Source: Candidatus Moranbacteria bacterium UBA1362 (GTDB lineage Bacteria; Patescibacteriota; Minisyncoccia; Moranbacterales; GWC2-37-73). Taken from it: 64,000 nucleotides of DNA. The DNA is taken from positions 8,133 to 72,132 of the forward strand of contig DBRS01000004.1 of the NCBI GenBank assembly GCA_002306085.1, given 5' to 3'. How positions within the stretch are numbered: the stretch's first letter is position 1; the number at the start of each line of letters is the position of its first letter. The position numbers and the translations under genes were made by a program. The notes beneath the pieces are model-generated. The model saw nothing but the letters and a program-made list of their open reading frames with translations. It was not told where the DNA came from and did not search any database. Shown here in pieces: positions 19,968-30,189 of this stretch.

Positions 19968-21758
19968 ATGAACAACATTAGAAACTTTTGTATAATTGCG
20001 CATATTGATCACGGTAAGTCGACATTGTCTGACCGTATTTTGGAATTCACGCAAACGGTTGAAAAAAGAAGGATGAAAGAGCAGATTTTGGATCAGATGG
20101 ATTTGGAAAGGGAAAGGGGAATTACGATAAAATTACAGCCGGTCAGAATGGTACATTTTTTGAACGGCGAAGAATACGTTTTAAATTTAATTGATACTCC
20201 CGGGCATGTGGATTTTGGATATGAAGTTTCAAGATCTCTTGCCGCCGTCGAAGGAGCCGTCCTTTTAGTTGATGCTACCAAGGGGGTCCAGGCACAAACT
20301 CTTTCAAATTTGTATTTGGCAATCGAGCAAGGCCTTGAGATTATTCCAGTCGTGAACAAAGTAGACCTTCCGAACGCCAATGTGGAAAAAACAAAAAAAG
20401 AAATAATACATATCCTGGGATGCAAAGAGGAAGAAATCTTGGAAGCTTCCGGCAAGACCGGCCAGGGAGTGGAAAAAATACTTGAAGCGATCGTAAAAAA
20501 AATTCCGGCTCCGAGGGGCGAGGCGGGGAAGCCTTTGAGGGCGCTTATTTTTGATTCCAAATACGACACTTATAAAGGTGTCGTGGCGTATGTGCGTATC
20601 GTGGACGGTCATGTGCGAAGAGACGATGAGGTGATGATGATGGCGAATAAAAAAGAAAGTACCGTTGTTGAAGTGGGATATTTCAATCCCAGTTTTCGAC
20701 CCGGCGAATCTTTAAAGTCAGGAGAGATAGGTTATATCGCCACAGGTCTCAAGAGTGTCGAACATTGCCGGGTAGGCGATACGATAACAGTGAAAAATTC
20801 CAAAACTCCCGTCGAAAGACTCCCGGGATATAAAGAGGTGCGTCCCATGGTATACGCGGGATTATATCCCATTGAGGGAGACGCATATAATCTTATGCGG
20901 GATGCTTTGGAAAAACTAAAATTGAATGATGCAGCTTTCGTTTTTGAACCGGAAAGTAACGCGGCTCTCGGCAAAGGCTTCCGCTGCGGATTTCTGGGAT
21001 TGCTGCATCTTGAAATCGTAAAAGAAAGACTGGAAAGAGAGTTTAATTTTTCTCCCACAATAACCACTCCAAGCGTCGTTTATGAAATAAAAATGAGAGG
21101 AAGCAATGAAAAAAGAAAGATATATTCAGCATCGCAGATGCCGGACCCATCGACTTTGGAAGAAATCTCGGAGCCTTTTGTTAAATTAGACATACTCACC
21201 CCCTCGAAGTATCTCGGTGGAATAATGGAACTTATGAGTTCATTAAGATCTGTGTATCTGAACACGGAATATATTGATCTCGAAAGGATATTGCTCACAT
21301 TTGAAGTTCCTCTTACTGATATTATCGTGAATTTTCATGATGATCTTAAAAGTGTCTCGTCGGGATATGCTTCGATGAGCTACGAGCTTATAGGTTACAG
21401 AAATTCGGACTTGGTGAAGCTCGATATACTGCTCGCCGGGGAAGCAGTTGAATCTCTTGGGAGGATCGTGCCAAAAGAGAATGCCTACGCCGAAGGAAAA
21501 AGAATTGTTGAGAAACTCAAAGATGCCATTCCGAGGCAGAGCTTTGCTATTCCTATTCAGGCGGCGATCGGCGGAAAAATTATCGCGCGCGAAACGATCA
21601 AACCTTTCAGAAAAGATGTTATCGCAAAATTATATGGAGGGGATGTCACGAGGAAAAATAAGCTGCTGAACAAACAAAAGAAAGGAAAAAAGAAAATGAA
21701 GAATATCGGCAAGGTGCAGGTTCCGTCAGAAGCGTATCTTGCGGTGCTGAAACGGTAA
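19968..21758 (+). CDS. lepA: Elongation factor 4 (LepA)
   Basis: NFCIIAHIDHGKSTLSDRIL, GTPase G1-G4 motifs and the LepA-specific C-terminal domain. Confidence 0.96.
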   Translation: MNNIRNFCIIAHIDHGKSTLSDRILEFTQTVEKRRMKEQILDQMDLERERGITIKLQPVRMVHFLNGEEYVLNLIDTPGHVDFGYEVSRSLAAVEGAVLLVDATKGVQAQTLSNLYLAIEQGLEIIPVVNKVDLPNANVEKTKKEIIHILGCKEEEILEASGKTGQGVEKILEAIVKKIPAPRGEAGKPLRALIFDSKYDTYKGVVAYVRIVDGHVRRDDEVMMMANKKESTVVEVGYFNPSFRPGESLKSGEIGYIATGLKSVEHCRVGDTITVKNSKTPVERLPGYKEVRPMVYAGLYPIEGDAYNLMRDALEKLKLNDAAFVFEPESNAALGKGFRCGFLGLLHLEIVKERLEREFNFSPTITTPSVVYEIKMRGSNEKRKIYSASQMPDPSTLEEISEPFVKLDILTPSKYLGGIMELMSSLRSVYLNTEYIDLERILLTFEVPLTDIIVNFHDDLKSVSSGYASMSYELIGYRNSDLVKLDILLAGEAVESLGRIVPKENAYAEGKRIVEKLKDAIPRQSFAIPIQAAIGGKIIARETIKPFRKDVIAKLYGGDVTRKNKLLNKQKKGKKKMKNIGKVQVPSEAYLAVLKR

Positions 21759-21921
21759 AAATACGAAAGAAACTCCGATTCGTAATGGTGTTTGTGAGGC
21801 TGTTTTAACAGTTTTTATGCGCTAGTGCGCAGAAACAGCGCAGAAGAATTATTGAAGAAAACGAAAGAATATTTTCGGCTTATGACTTGTTGGAAAGGAT
21901 TAAATTTGTTAAAATGTTCCT

Positions 21922-22035
21922 ATGAATTACAAAAAAAGAAAAAAAGGTGCATACATTGTGTGGATAATAATTTCTATATTGGCCGTCATTTCGATGATAG
22001 GGTTTCTGTTTGCTCCTCTTATGAGCATGCAATAA
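21922..22035 (+). CDS. Possible small membrane protein (37 aa) upstream of the ftsB-like gene
   Basis: MNYKKRKKGAYIVWIIISILAVISMIGFLFAPLMSMQ: basic N-terminus plus one TM. Below the ORF-track cutoff. Confidence 0.2.
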   Translation: MNYKKRKKGAYIVWIIISILAVISMIGFLFAPLMSMQ

Positions 22036-22144
22036 GGAATAGCAATGTTTTCAAAAAAACTTGCGGAAGCTTCAAGTGTACGATTATCTGAAATCCATAG
22101 CATGTGTTGTCGCCAATTGGAGTTGCCCAAGTTCTCTTCAGACG

Positions 22145-22528
22145 ATGAAAACAAAATATTCATTAATGGTGATTCTTTTTGCAATCGGGATAATTCTGGC
22201 AGTCGTGATATCGTCAAGCGCCATAAGACAGGCATATAGAAGCAAAAAGATTGAAAGCGAAGTAAATGCGCTTCAGGAAGAGGCGCGCAGGATTCAAAGC
22301 GAGAATGAAAGAATTTCCCAGCGGATCAGCTACTACAGTACTCCTCATTTTATAGAAAAAGTTTCCAAGGATAAGATAAGTCTTCAAAAACCTGATGAGA
22401 ACGTTATTATTGTAAGCCAAAGGCAAATTGCAGAAAGTGAGGATGCAAGCGAGAAAAAAGAAGAAAATCTGCCAGCTGAACAGCCGAATTTGCCGAATTA
22501 CATAAAATGGTGGAGATTATTTTTTTAG
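22145..22528 (+). CDS. Septum formation initiator family protein (FtsB/DivIC-like)
   Basis: N-terminal TM, coiled coil (VNALQEEARRIQSENERISQRI) and C-terminal PHFIEKVSKDKISLQKPDENVI matching the FtsB/DivIC tail. Internal ATG 22145 preferred. Confidence 0.65.
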   Translation: MKTKYSLMVILFAIGIILAVVISSSAIRQAYRSKKIESEVNALQEEARRIQSENERISQRISYYSTPHFIEKVSKDKISLQKPDENVIIVSQRQIAESEDASEKKEENLPAEQPNLPNYIKWWRLFF

Positions 22529-22537
22529 AAAATAAAT

Positions 22538-23596
22538 ATGTCTGACTCTGACAATGAGAAGAAAATAAAATTGTCCACTCTTGTTTATGCGATGCTGACC
22601 GTATTGTTTGTTATTATTGCGATTATAAGTACGCTTGCCTATGGAACAAATACTGAAATTGGTAAAAGGATATATTTGAAAATATCAAAAATCGTGCCAA
22701 TACCGGCTGCTGTTATAGGCTGGAATGATTTCGTTCTGCTGAGTGACGTGCGCAGCAATCTCGCATCTGTTGAAAAATTCTATAAAGTCAACGATTTTTC
22801 GCAGGAAGGATTAAGGGTGGATTTTTCGACTGAAAGCGGTAAAAAGCGACTGAAAATAAAAGAAAGAGAAATTCTGGAAAAGCTTATTGAAGATAAAGTG
22901 ATAAAAATTTTGGCACAAAAAAGAGGCATATCGATTTCCGAAAAAGATATTGATAAAATGGTTGAGAACAAGCTTGAAGAATTGGGAACGGCAAGCGATT
23001 TAGAGAAAGATCTTGCAAACACGTATGGATGGAACATGGAAGATTTCAAAAAAAACGTGGTGATTCCAACGGCCTATAAAGACGCTTTAATGCAATACGT
23101 GTTGCTCGGCGAACTCGACAATTCTAGCGCAAAAGAAAAAGCGAACGAAGCGCGTAAGGAACTGGAAAGCGGAAAAGATTTTGCGGAGGTTGTTGACAAG
23201 TTTTCAGAGGGAGATTCAAAGAAAAAAGGCGGTGAGTTGGGATGGGTAAAAAAAGAACAGATGATTCAGGAGCTTCAGGAAGCGTTGTTTGACGAAGAAA
23301 GATATGGCAATAACGAGGTGATTGAAAGTTCGATAGGATTTCATATTGTCAGAATTGAGGAAAAAAAGAAGGAAGGAGAGGAAAGCGTACTAAGGTTAAA
23401 GCAGATATTTGTTGCGAAAAAAACATTTGCTGATTGGCTGAAGGATTCGAAAAAATCGATCAGCATATTAATCCCCTTAAAAGATTTCAGGTGGAACTCG
23501 GATAGGGCAGTTGTTGAGTTTAGAAGTGAAAAGATGCAAAAATTTGAAGCAGAAGAAAGATTGAAAGCACAAGGAGATGCGTCGATAATGTTTTAA
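22538..23596 (+). CDS. PpiC-type (parvulin) peptidyl-prolyl isomerase, membrane-anchored (PrsA/SurA-like)
   Basis: N-terminal TM. Parvulin core GKDFAEVVDKFSEGDSKKKGGELGWV...IGFHIVRIEEKK. Confidence 0.8.
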   Translation: MSDSDNEKKIKLSTLVYAMLTVLFVIIAIISTLAYGTNTEIGKRIYLKISKIVPIPAAVIGWNDFVLLSDVRSNLASVEKFYKVNDFSQEGLRVDFSTESGKKRLKIKEREILEKLIEDKVIKILAQKRGISISEKDIDKMVENKLEELGTASDLEKDLANTYGWNMEDFKKNVVIPTAYKDALMQYVLLGELDNSSAKEKANEARKELESGKDFAEVVDKFSEGDSKKKGGELGWVKKEQMIQELQEALFDEERYGNNEVIESSIGFHIVRIEEKKKEGEESVLRLKQIFVAKKTFADWLKDSKKSISILIPLKDFRWNSDRAVVEFRSEKMQKFEAEERLKAQGDASIMF

Positions 23597-23699
23597 ACAT
23601 TAAACCCAAATTCATTAATCAAGTAAATAATCAAAATGTCATGTATCAATTGATCGACATTTTGTTTTTGAAACATAATTAATAATTAAATAAAAAATT

Positions 23700-23879
23700 A
23701 TGCCAAAACCAGTAGTAAACAAAGAATTGTGTATCGGATGCGGAACTTGTGAATCTTTGTGTCCGAATGTGTTTCAAATCAAAGACGGTAAATCGGAGGT
23801 TATAAGTGAAGAATGCGGTGATTGCAATTGCCAAGAAGTGGCAGAAAGTTGTCCTGTCAATGCGATTTCCGTGCAATAA
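23700..23879 (+). CDS. Ferredoxin (single 4Fe-4S cluster, 59 aa), missed by the 60-aa ORF cutoff
   Basis: MPKPVVNKELCIGCGTCESLCPNVF...CGDCNCQEVAESCPVNAISVQ: CxxCxxC...CP cluster motif. Confidence 0.75.
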   Translation: MPKPVVNKELCIGCGTCESLCPNVFQIKDGKSEVISEECGDCNCQEVAESCPVNAISVQ

Positions 23880-23943
23880 TGCATTTATTTGTTTTGTATA
23901 AATTTAAAGGTAGTGTTCTGAAGGCTACGCAAGAGAAGCTTTT

Positions 23944-25326
23944 TTGCGGCGCCTCAACATGATGAATATTATGCAACTAAATAATGAAAAAGATTTTGTC
24001 AAAAATCTGAGCAATAGCGGCAAAGATAATTTGCCGTCCAAAACGGAAGAAACAAAGAAAAAGAAAAAAAATGAAAAAGGGCGGGGGTATTTTTTAAACA
24101 ACACTGTCATCACCGTCATCATTTTAATGTCTATTGCTATTTCTTCACTATTTGGTGCTGTTTTTGGCTTTATGTCTGGGGGAATGGCAAGCGCTTTTTC
24201 TGCGAAGTTTGGAGCCAAATTGAGTAAATACATCCCGATTATGGAATCGGAAAACGTTGATAAAAAAATCAACAAACAACAGATTATTATCGAAGATTCT
24301 GAAATTATAGAAGTGGTTGAAAAATCTTCTCCCGCAGTTGTCAGCATAAACATATCAAAAAACATTCCGAGTTACAGAAATTATTTCAATAATCCTGAGG
24401 ATTTGTTTTACCAATTCTTTGGATATGACGTGCAAACACCAGGCGACGGAGATGAGGAGCAAAAAGTTGGAGGCGGAAGCGGCTTTTTCATAAGTTCCGA
24501 CGGAATGATTTTGACAAACAGGCATGTTGTTGAAGATCAAAATGCCAATTATACTGTGGTCACGAACGACGGCAAGCAATATAAAGCCACAGTTCTGGCG
24601 CGCGATCCTGTAAGGGATGCTGCTGTCATAAAAATAGAAGGCACTGGTTTCCCGACGCTTCCTTTGGGTGATTCCGACTCGCTGAAGATAGGTCAAACAA
24701 CCATAGCCATAGGCAATTCATTGGGAGAATTTGCGAATTCCGTTAGTCGCGGGATCGTTTCAGGACTTAAGAGGAACCTGAGCGCCGGATCTGGTTTCGG
24801 AACTTCGGAACGTCTTACTGATATAATCCAAACGGATGCCGCAATTAATCCTGGAAATTCAGGAGGACCTCTTTTGGATATCGAGGGGAAAGTTATCGGA
24901 GTCAATGTGGCAATAGCCCAGGGCGCGCAAAATGTAGGCTTTGCTTTGCCGATCAATCAGGCAAAAAGGGTGATAGAACAGGCGAAAAGCGGGAAAAAAA
25001 TAGCCATTCCGTTTCTGGGAGTAAGATATGTTATCGTAAATTCGTCCGTGCAAAAAGAAGCGCAGCTGCCTTTTGACTACGGAGCGCTTGTTTTGAGGGG
25101 AAATAAATTAACAGAGCTGGCCGTTGTTCCGGGTTCTCCGGCCGATAAAGCTGGTATTGTTGAAAATGACATAATCCTGGAAGTCGAAGGTGAAAAACTT
25201 GATCAGGACAACCAGCTTGGCGATATTATCTCCAGATATAATGTGGGAGACGAGATAACCTTGAAGGTTTGGCACAAAGGAGAAATCAAGACTGTGAAAG
25301 TGACATTGCAGGAATTAAAGAATTGA
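23944..25326 (+). CDS. htrA: HtrA/DegP-family serine protease with PDZ domain
   Basis: Catalytic triad intact: TNRHVV (His), DAAVIKI (Asp), GNSGGPLLD (Ser). C-terminal PDZ. N-terminal TM. Confidence 0.9.
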   Translation: MRRLNMMNIMQLNNEKDFVKNLSNSGKDNLPSKTEETKKKKKNEKGRGYFLNNTVITVIILMSIAISSLFGAVFGFMSGGMASAFSAKFGAKLSKYIPIMESENVDKKINKQQIIIEDSEIIEVVEKSSPAVVSINISKNIPSYRNYFNNPEDLFYQFFGYDVQTPGDGDEEQKVGGGSGFFISSDGMILTNRHVVEDQNANYTVVTNDGKQYKATVLARDPVRDAAVIKIEGTGFPTLPLGDSDSLKIGQTTIAIGNSLGEFANSVSRGIVSGLKRNLSAGSGFGTSERLTDIIQTDAAINPGNSGGPLLDIEGKVIGVNVAIAQGAQNVGFALPINQAKRVIEQAKSGKKIAIPFLGVRYVIVNSSVQKEAQLPFDYGALVLRGNKLTELAVVPGSPADKAGIVENDIILEVEGEKLDQDNQLGDIISRYNVGDEITLKVWHKGEIKTVKVTLQELKN

Positions 25327-25441
25327 CATCAGTTGCGCATAACTCTTGTATGTGTCGTGTAATCTCGCACTCTTGACGTAGTGCGGCTCAGAGCTTATCT
25401 TAAAATGCATACCGTGTTTGTGAGCGCTTTGTGTTTAAATT

Positions 25442-28084
25442 ATGGATATTAACCGATTTACAACCAAAAGTCAGGAAGCATTAAGAAAATCCCAAGAACT
25501 TGCACTTTCTTTGAATCAACAGCAGGTGGATGTTTTTCACTTGTTGTTTTCCCTCATCAACCAGGACGGTTCCATCGTTCCTGTTATCATACGAAAGATA
25601 GGGGTAAACATGGAGAAACTAAAAAATGAATCTATCAAAGAGGCGCAAAAGTATCCGAAATCTGTCGTGGGCTCTTTGGGTCAAATTTTCGTGACTCCGT
25701 CGTTGGTACAGGTGCTCGAGCAGGCAGAAAAAGAAATGTCTGCTGTTGGAGACGATTTTGTTTCGACGGAACATCTTCTGCTGGCCATGCTTTCGATAAA
25801 TACTGCGGCCAAAAAAATGTTCGAAATAAATGGCGTTAATTATGATATAGTTCTACAGATACTTTCGGAACTTCGCGGATCGCAACGGGTTGATTCTCCT
25901 GAACCGGAGGGAAAATTTCAGGTAATAGAAAGATATACTATCAATCTTACGAATTTGGCTCGCCAGGACAAGCTGGATCCGGTAATAGGCCGCGATGAGG
26001 AAATAAGAAGAGTTATGCAGGTTCTGAGCAGACGCACAAAAAATAATCCGGTGCTGATCGGAGAAGCCGGAACTGGCAAGACTGCAATTGTGGAAGGGCT
26101 TGCTCAAAGAATTGTTTCGGGAGATGTTCCTGAAACGCTGAAGGATAAAGAACTTATTTCACTGGATCTTGGATCTTTGCTGGCAGGCGCGAAATTTCGC
26201 GGAGAGTTTGAGGACAGGCTGAAAGCGATAATAAAAGAAACGGAACATGCATCTGGAAAATACATATTATTTATAGATGAACTTCATACTTTGGTCGGCG
26301 CCGGTGCCACTGAGGGATCTCTTGACGCTTCCAATATGCTGAAACCGGCTCTTGCAAGGGGAAAATTGAGAACAATTGGGGCCACGACTACCAGGGAGTA
26401 CCAAAAGCACATCGAGAAAGACGCAGCGCTTGAAAGACGTTTTCAGCCGGTTTTAATCAGTGAACCTTCTGTTCAGGACACTATTGCAATTTTACGCGGG
26501 ATTAAAGAGCGCTATGAATTGCATCACGGAGTAAAAATAACCGATGATGCTCTTCAGGCCGCAGTAAAACTTTCTTCAAGATATATCACTGACAGATTCT
26601 TGCCGGATAAGGCGGTTGATCTTATTGACGAGGCTGCGTCGGCGCTTCGGATACAGATAGACTCGATGCCTATAGAGATAGATCAGATGCAGCGTAAAAT
26701 TCATCAGCTTGAAATTGAAAAGAAAGCTATCAGCAAAGACAAATCGAAAAATATGCGCAAAAAAATTGCGCAAATCAATAAACAACTTGCCGAGCTCAAG
26801 GAAAAATCGAACAGTTTGACGTTGCAATGGAAAACCGAAAGGGATCTTATTGCGGCAAGTCGCAAACATAAGAAAGAGATAGATAAACTGAAATCAGAAG
26901 CGGAACAGGCGGACCGCAGGGGAGAGCTTGATAAGGTTGCGGAAATACGCTATGGGAAAATTCCGATACTTGAGAAAAAAATCGCAGAAGAAGAAAAAAA
27001 GCTGACAAAAATCCAGAAAGAAAATTCAATCTTAAAAGAAGAAGTCACTGAAGAAGATATAGCAAAAGTCGTTTCGCGATGGACTGGCATTCCTGTTTCC
27101 AAAATGCTGGAAAGCGAGCAAGACAAGCTGGCGCACATGGAAAAGGAGCTAAATAAATATGTCATCGGACAAGAAGAAGCCATCACTTCGGTTTCGAACG
27201 CAATACGTCGTTCGCGAGCGGGAATTTCGGAAGAGAATCGTCCTATAGGATCGTTTATTTTTCTCGGGCCCACGGGCGTGGGAAAAACGGAACTGGCCAA
27301 AACTTTGGCGAATTTTCTCTTTAACGATCCGAAGTCGCTTATTCGCCTGGACATGAGCGAATATATGGAAGGACATTCGACCGCAAAAATCATCGGCTCT
27401 CCGCCTGGTTATGTCGGATATGAAGAGGGAGGCCAGCTTACGGAAATGGTTAGAAGAAGGCCGTATTGCGTAATCCTTTTTGATGAAATAGAAAAGGCTC
27501 ATCCGCAGGTGTTCAATATTCTTTTGCAAGTCTTGGATGACGGAAGACTTACTGATGCCAAGGGACGTGTAGTAAATTTTAAGAATACTGTTATAATAAT
27601 GACATCCAACGTGGGGTCCGATATTATAAACAAAATGCGGACATTCGGATTTCAGGGAGAGCGCAGGGAAGACACGGTAAGTGAAAGCGAGATGCGAAGC
27701 AGAGTTTTGTCGAGTCTGCGCGAGCAATTTAAGCCGGAATTTCTGAATAGAATTGATGATACCATAATCTTTCACCCCCTTACCAAAAACATATTGAGAA
27801 AGATTGTTGATATTCAAATTAATTCAGTTCAAAAACGCCTTTCGGAAAGAAACATCAAGCTTCGGATTTCGAATGATGTGAAATCCTATCTGGCGGAAAG
27901 AGGCTACGATCCAACCTATGGAGCAAGGCCGCTCAAAAGGATGGTGCAAAATGAAATTTCAGACAAGCTTGCCCTGGAAATACTTGAGAAAAAAATCACG
28001 GATGGAGATATCATGAATGTTCGTCTGGATCACGGAAGAATTGCATTTGAAAAAGCGCCCAAAATAATTCGAGGTCATATTTAA
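25442..28084 (+). CDS. clpB: ATP-dependent chaperone ClpB
   Basis: Clp N-domain, two AAA+ modules ([15 protein letters not shown]; [12 protein letters not shown]) and a long middle coiled-coil domain, so ClpB rather than ClpA/C. Confidence 0.96.
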   Translation: MDINRFTTKSQEALRKSQELALSLNQQQVDVFHLLFSLINQDGSIVPVIIRKIGVNMEKLKNESIKEAQKYPKSVVGSLGQIFVTPSLVQVLEQAEKEMSAVGDDFVSTEHLLLAMLSINTAAKKMFEINGVNYDIVLQILSELRGSQRVDSPEPEGKFQVIERYTINLTNLARQDKLDPVIGRDEEIRRVMQVLSRRTKNNPVLIGEAGTGKTAIVEGLAQRIVSGDVPETLKDKELISLDLGSLLAGAKFRGEFEDRLKAIIKETEHASGKYILFIDELHTLVGAGATEGSLDASNMLKPALARGKLRTIGATTTREYQKHIEKDAALERRFQPVLISEPSVQDTIAILRGIKERYELHHGVKITDDALQAAVKLSSRYITDRFLPDKAVDLIDEAASALRIQIDSMPIEIDQMQRKIHQLEIEKKAISKDKSKNMRKKIAQINKQLAELKEKSNSLTLQWKTERDLIAASRKHKKEIDKLKSEAEQADRRGELDKVAEIRYGKIPILEKKIAEEEKKLTKIQKENSILKEEVTEEDIAKVVSRWTGIPVSKMLESEQDKLAHMEKELNKYVIGQEEAITSVSNAIRRSRAGISEENRPIGSFIFLGPTGVGKTELAKTLANFLFNDPKSLIRLDMSEYMEGHSTAKIIGSPPGYVGYEEGGQLTEMVRRRPYCVILFDEIEKAHPQVFNILLQVLDDGRLTDAKGRVVNFKNTVIIMTSNVGSDIINKMRTFGFQGERREDTVSESEMRSRVLSSLREQFKPEFLNRIDDTIIFHPLTKNILRKIVDIQINSVQKRLSERNIKLRISNDVKSYLAERGYDPTYGARPLKRMVQNEISDKLALEILEKKITDGDIMNVRLDHGRIAFEKAPKIIRGHI

Positions 28085-28100
28085 TTTTTCATTAAGATAA

Positions 28101-28877
28101 ATGTTTTTTCACATCCCGGTATTTTTTTATACCTTGGTATTTATTTTGATTATTGAGCTTTCAGCAACCGATTTGGTAGGTGGGTCATTTTCATTTTTTT
28201 TCTCAAGAGGAATTTCGGTTAAAATATTCATAGTTTCTTTGCTTTTTTTCTATTTTTTTAATGTCGCGCGTAAAATTTCACGAAAGGCGTCCATGGCAAT
28301 CATACCGATTTTGTTTGTTATCGCGGTAATGGGACTTTCATATTTCGTGCAGCCCGCAAAACAGCAGCAGCTCCTCATAGCTCTTAGCGCGTTCGCATAT
28401 TATTTTATCCATCTTGCGCTTTACAGATTACATATCTACGAAAAAGACAAAACGGCTCATAGCATCATTGCGTCCGGCGGCATGGCGACCATTTTTTTGA
28501 TATACTGCACCATGTTTGCCATATACCTTAATTACAACATTCCACTGTATATTCTGATGATTATCATGATGCTGATTACCACTCTGGTCAGCTATCAGTA
28601 CTTTTCCTTAATCAGGGAGGAAAAGAAGCGAGTATTTAATTTCAGCCTTGTTCTCGGTCTTATAATGGCTGAGATATCTTGGGCTCTTAACTTTTGGCCC
28701 TTCGGATACTTGACAACTGGCGTGATTGCTTTTATTTTTTATTATATGTTTTGGGATTTGGTTCAATGCCATTTTGCGGGAGAATTGTCAAAAAGGCGCG
28801 TGATTGCCAACATGATTTTCTTGGGTTTCATTGTCGGTTTGATATTGTCAACATCCCGTTGGTTGCCCGTGGTTTAA
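28101..28877 (+). CDS. Hypothetical polytopic membrane protein
   Basis: About 7 hydrophobic helices. No recognisable motif. Confidence 0.45.
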   Translation: MFFHIPVFFYTLVFILIIELSATDLVGGSFSFFFSRGISVKIFIVSLLFFYFFNVARKISRKASMAIIPILFVIAVMGLSYFVQPAKQQQLLIALSAFAYYFIHLALYRLHIYEKDKTAHSIIASGGMATIFLIYCTMFAIYLNYNIPLYILMIIMMLITTLVSYQYFSLIREEKKRVFNFSLVLGLIMAEISWALNFWPFGYLTTGVIAFIFYYMFWDLVQCHFAGELSKRRVIANMIFLGFIVGLILSTSRWLPVV

Positions 28878-28905
28878 TTAATTACAACGTAATAACACAG
28901 TACTC

Positions 28906-30075
28906 ATGAATGAGAACGCAAAAAATATAACTAGGCGTATTGCCAGAGGAATTTTTATTTTTTTTCTGATTTTTATAATTGGCGGACTTGGCGGTGTCTA
29001 TTTTGATCAAAAAGTGCTGCCCATGATCAGAACAAGCAAGCATCTTTCGCGCATAAATTTTTTGAAGCGAAGCGCGGAAAATGTCACAGTAATAAACAAG
29101 ACAGAGCAGGTTATCATCCAGGAGGACGATTCCGTGAACGAAATAGCCTCACAAGCTTCCAATACGGTCGTCAACATAATTTCAATTTCTTCGCAGAATT
29201 CTCCGGCAAGCGAGCAGGGAGTGCGTGAACAGAGCGGAACTGGCATGATAGCCACAAGCGACGGTTTGATTACCACTTACAGGACCGCGATAATTGAAGA
29301 CGGCGCTATATATAAGGTATTTTTATTCAATGGAAACAGCTATGATGCAAAACTTCTGGGAGTTGATGAGTTTTCCAATCTGGCATTTTTAAAGATTGAC
29401 ACGCCCAATTTGATGGCCATACCTTTTGGCGATTCTTCCGACGCGCGTCCCGGAAAAAAGCTTGTGGCAATTGGAAATTCATTTGGTGAATATCAGAACA
29501 GATATGCTTCAGGTCTTCTTAGCAGCATAGACAAAACTTTCAATTTGGCGGGAAAATCGGTTTCCTCTACTGAAAAATTGGAAAGTGTTTTTGAGGATGA
29601 TTTCAGCGACAGAAGAGAATATATCGGAGGTCCTGTCATAGGGCATAGCGGAGATCTGGTGGGAATAGTAGGAATGACCGTAATTGATGGCAAAGAGAAA
29701 TATTTTTTGATTCCGTCAAACGTTGTTAAAAATACTGTTGACTTTGTGCTGAAAAATGGTTTTGAAGCAAGACCCTTTTTCGGAGCTTATTATAAAACCA
29801 TTACGAAAGAGTTTTCCATGACGCACGGGCTTAATCGCGATCGCGGAGCGCTTATCTATTCTCCGTCAGGCAAACAGTCCCTAGCTTTCATTTCCGGATC
29901 GCCAGCCGAGATTGCCAGACTTAAAATAAACGACATTGTCACCATGGTTAATAATCAGGGGGTGAACCTCGACAATCCGCTTTCAAACCTCATTAATCAA
30001 TACAAGAAAGGAGACAAAATCGAACTCACGGTGGACAGAAACGGCGAAGAGATAAAAATTCCGGTGCAGCTGTAA
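28906..30075 (+). CDS. HtrA-like trypsin-fold plus PDZ protein with all three catalytic residues substituted (pseudoprotease)
   Basis: Aligns to the upstream HtrA: TTYRTA instead of TNRHVV (His->Arg), NLAFLKI instead of DAAVIKI (Asp->Asn), YIGGP instead of GNSGGP (Ser->Ile). PDZ retained. N-terminal TM. Confidence 0.7.
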   Translation: MNENAKNITRRIARGIFIFFLIFIIGGLGGVYFDQKVLPMIRTSKHLSRINFLKRSAENVTVINKTEQVIIQEDDSVNEIASQASNTVVNIISISSQNSPASEQGVREQSGTGMIATSDGLITTYRTAIIEDGAIYKVFLFNGNSYDAKLLGVDEFSNLAFLKIDTPNLMAIPFGDSSDARPGKKLVAIGNSFGEYQNRYASGLLSSIDKTFNLAGKSVSSTEKLESVFEDDFSDRREYIGGPVIGHSGDLVGIVGMTVIDGKEKYFLIPSNVVKNTVDFVLKNGFEARPFFGAYYKTITKEFSMTHGLNRDRGALIYSPSGKQSLAFISGSPAEIARLKINDIVTMVNNQGVNLDNPLSNLINQYKKGDKIELTVDRNGEEIKIPVQL

Positions 30076-30146
30076 ACTTGCATGAAAACCGAGATTTTCA
30101 AACTCGCTGAACAGGCGAGTTTTTTTCATTTCTTTTGTAATAAGTA

Positions 30147-30175
30147 TTGACAAACACAAGCAGCTTAAAAATATA
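30147..30175 (+). promoter_or_regulatory. Putative sigma70 promoter (TTGACA-N17-AATATA)
   Basis: Perfect -35 ttgaca at 30147-30152 and a weak -10. RBS aaaagggg precedes GTG 30190. Confidence 0.35.
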
Positions 30176-30189
30176 AAAAAGGGGTAACC

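Noticed and set aside
24056-24080. A-rich run (aaagaaaaagaaaaaaaatgaaaaag) looking like a simple repeat or slippage tract
   Set aside because: It encodes the Lys-rich cytoplasmic N-terminus (KKKKKNEKGRG) of HtrA before its TM helix. It is in frame and is not a phase-variation tract of a pure homopolymer.
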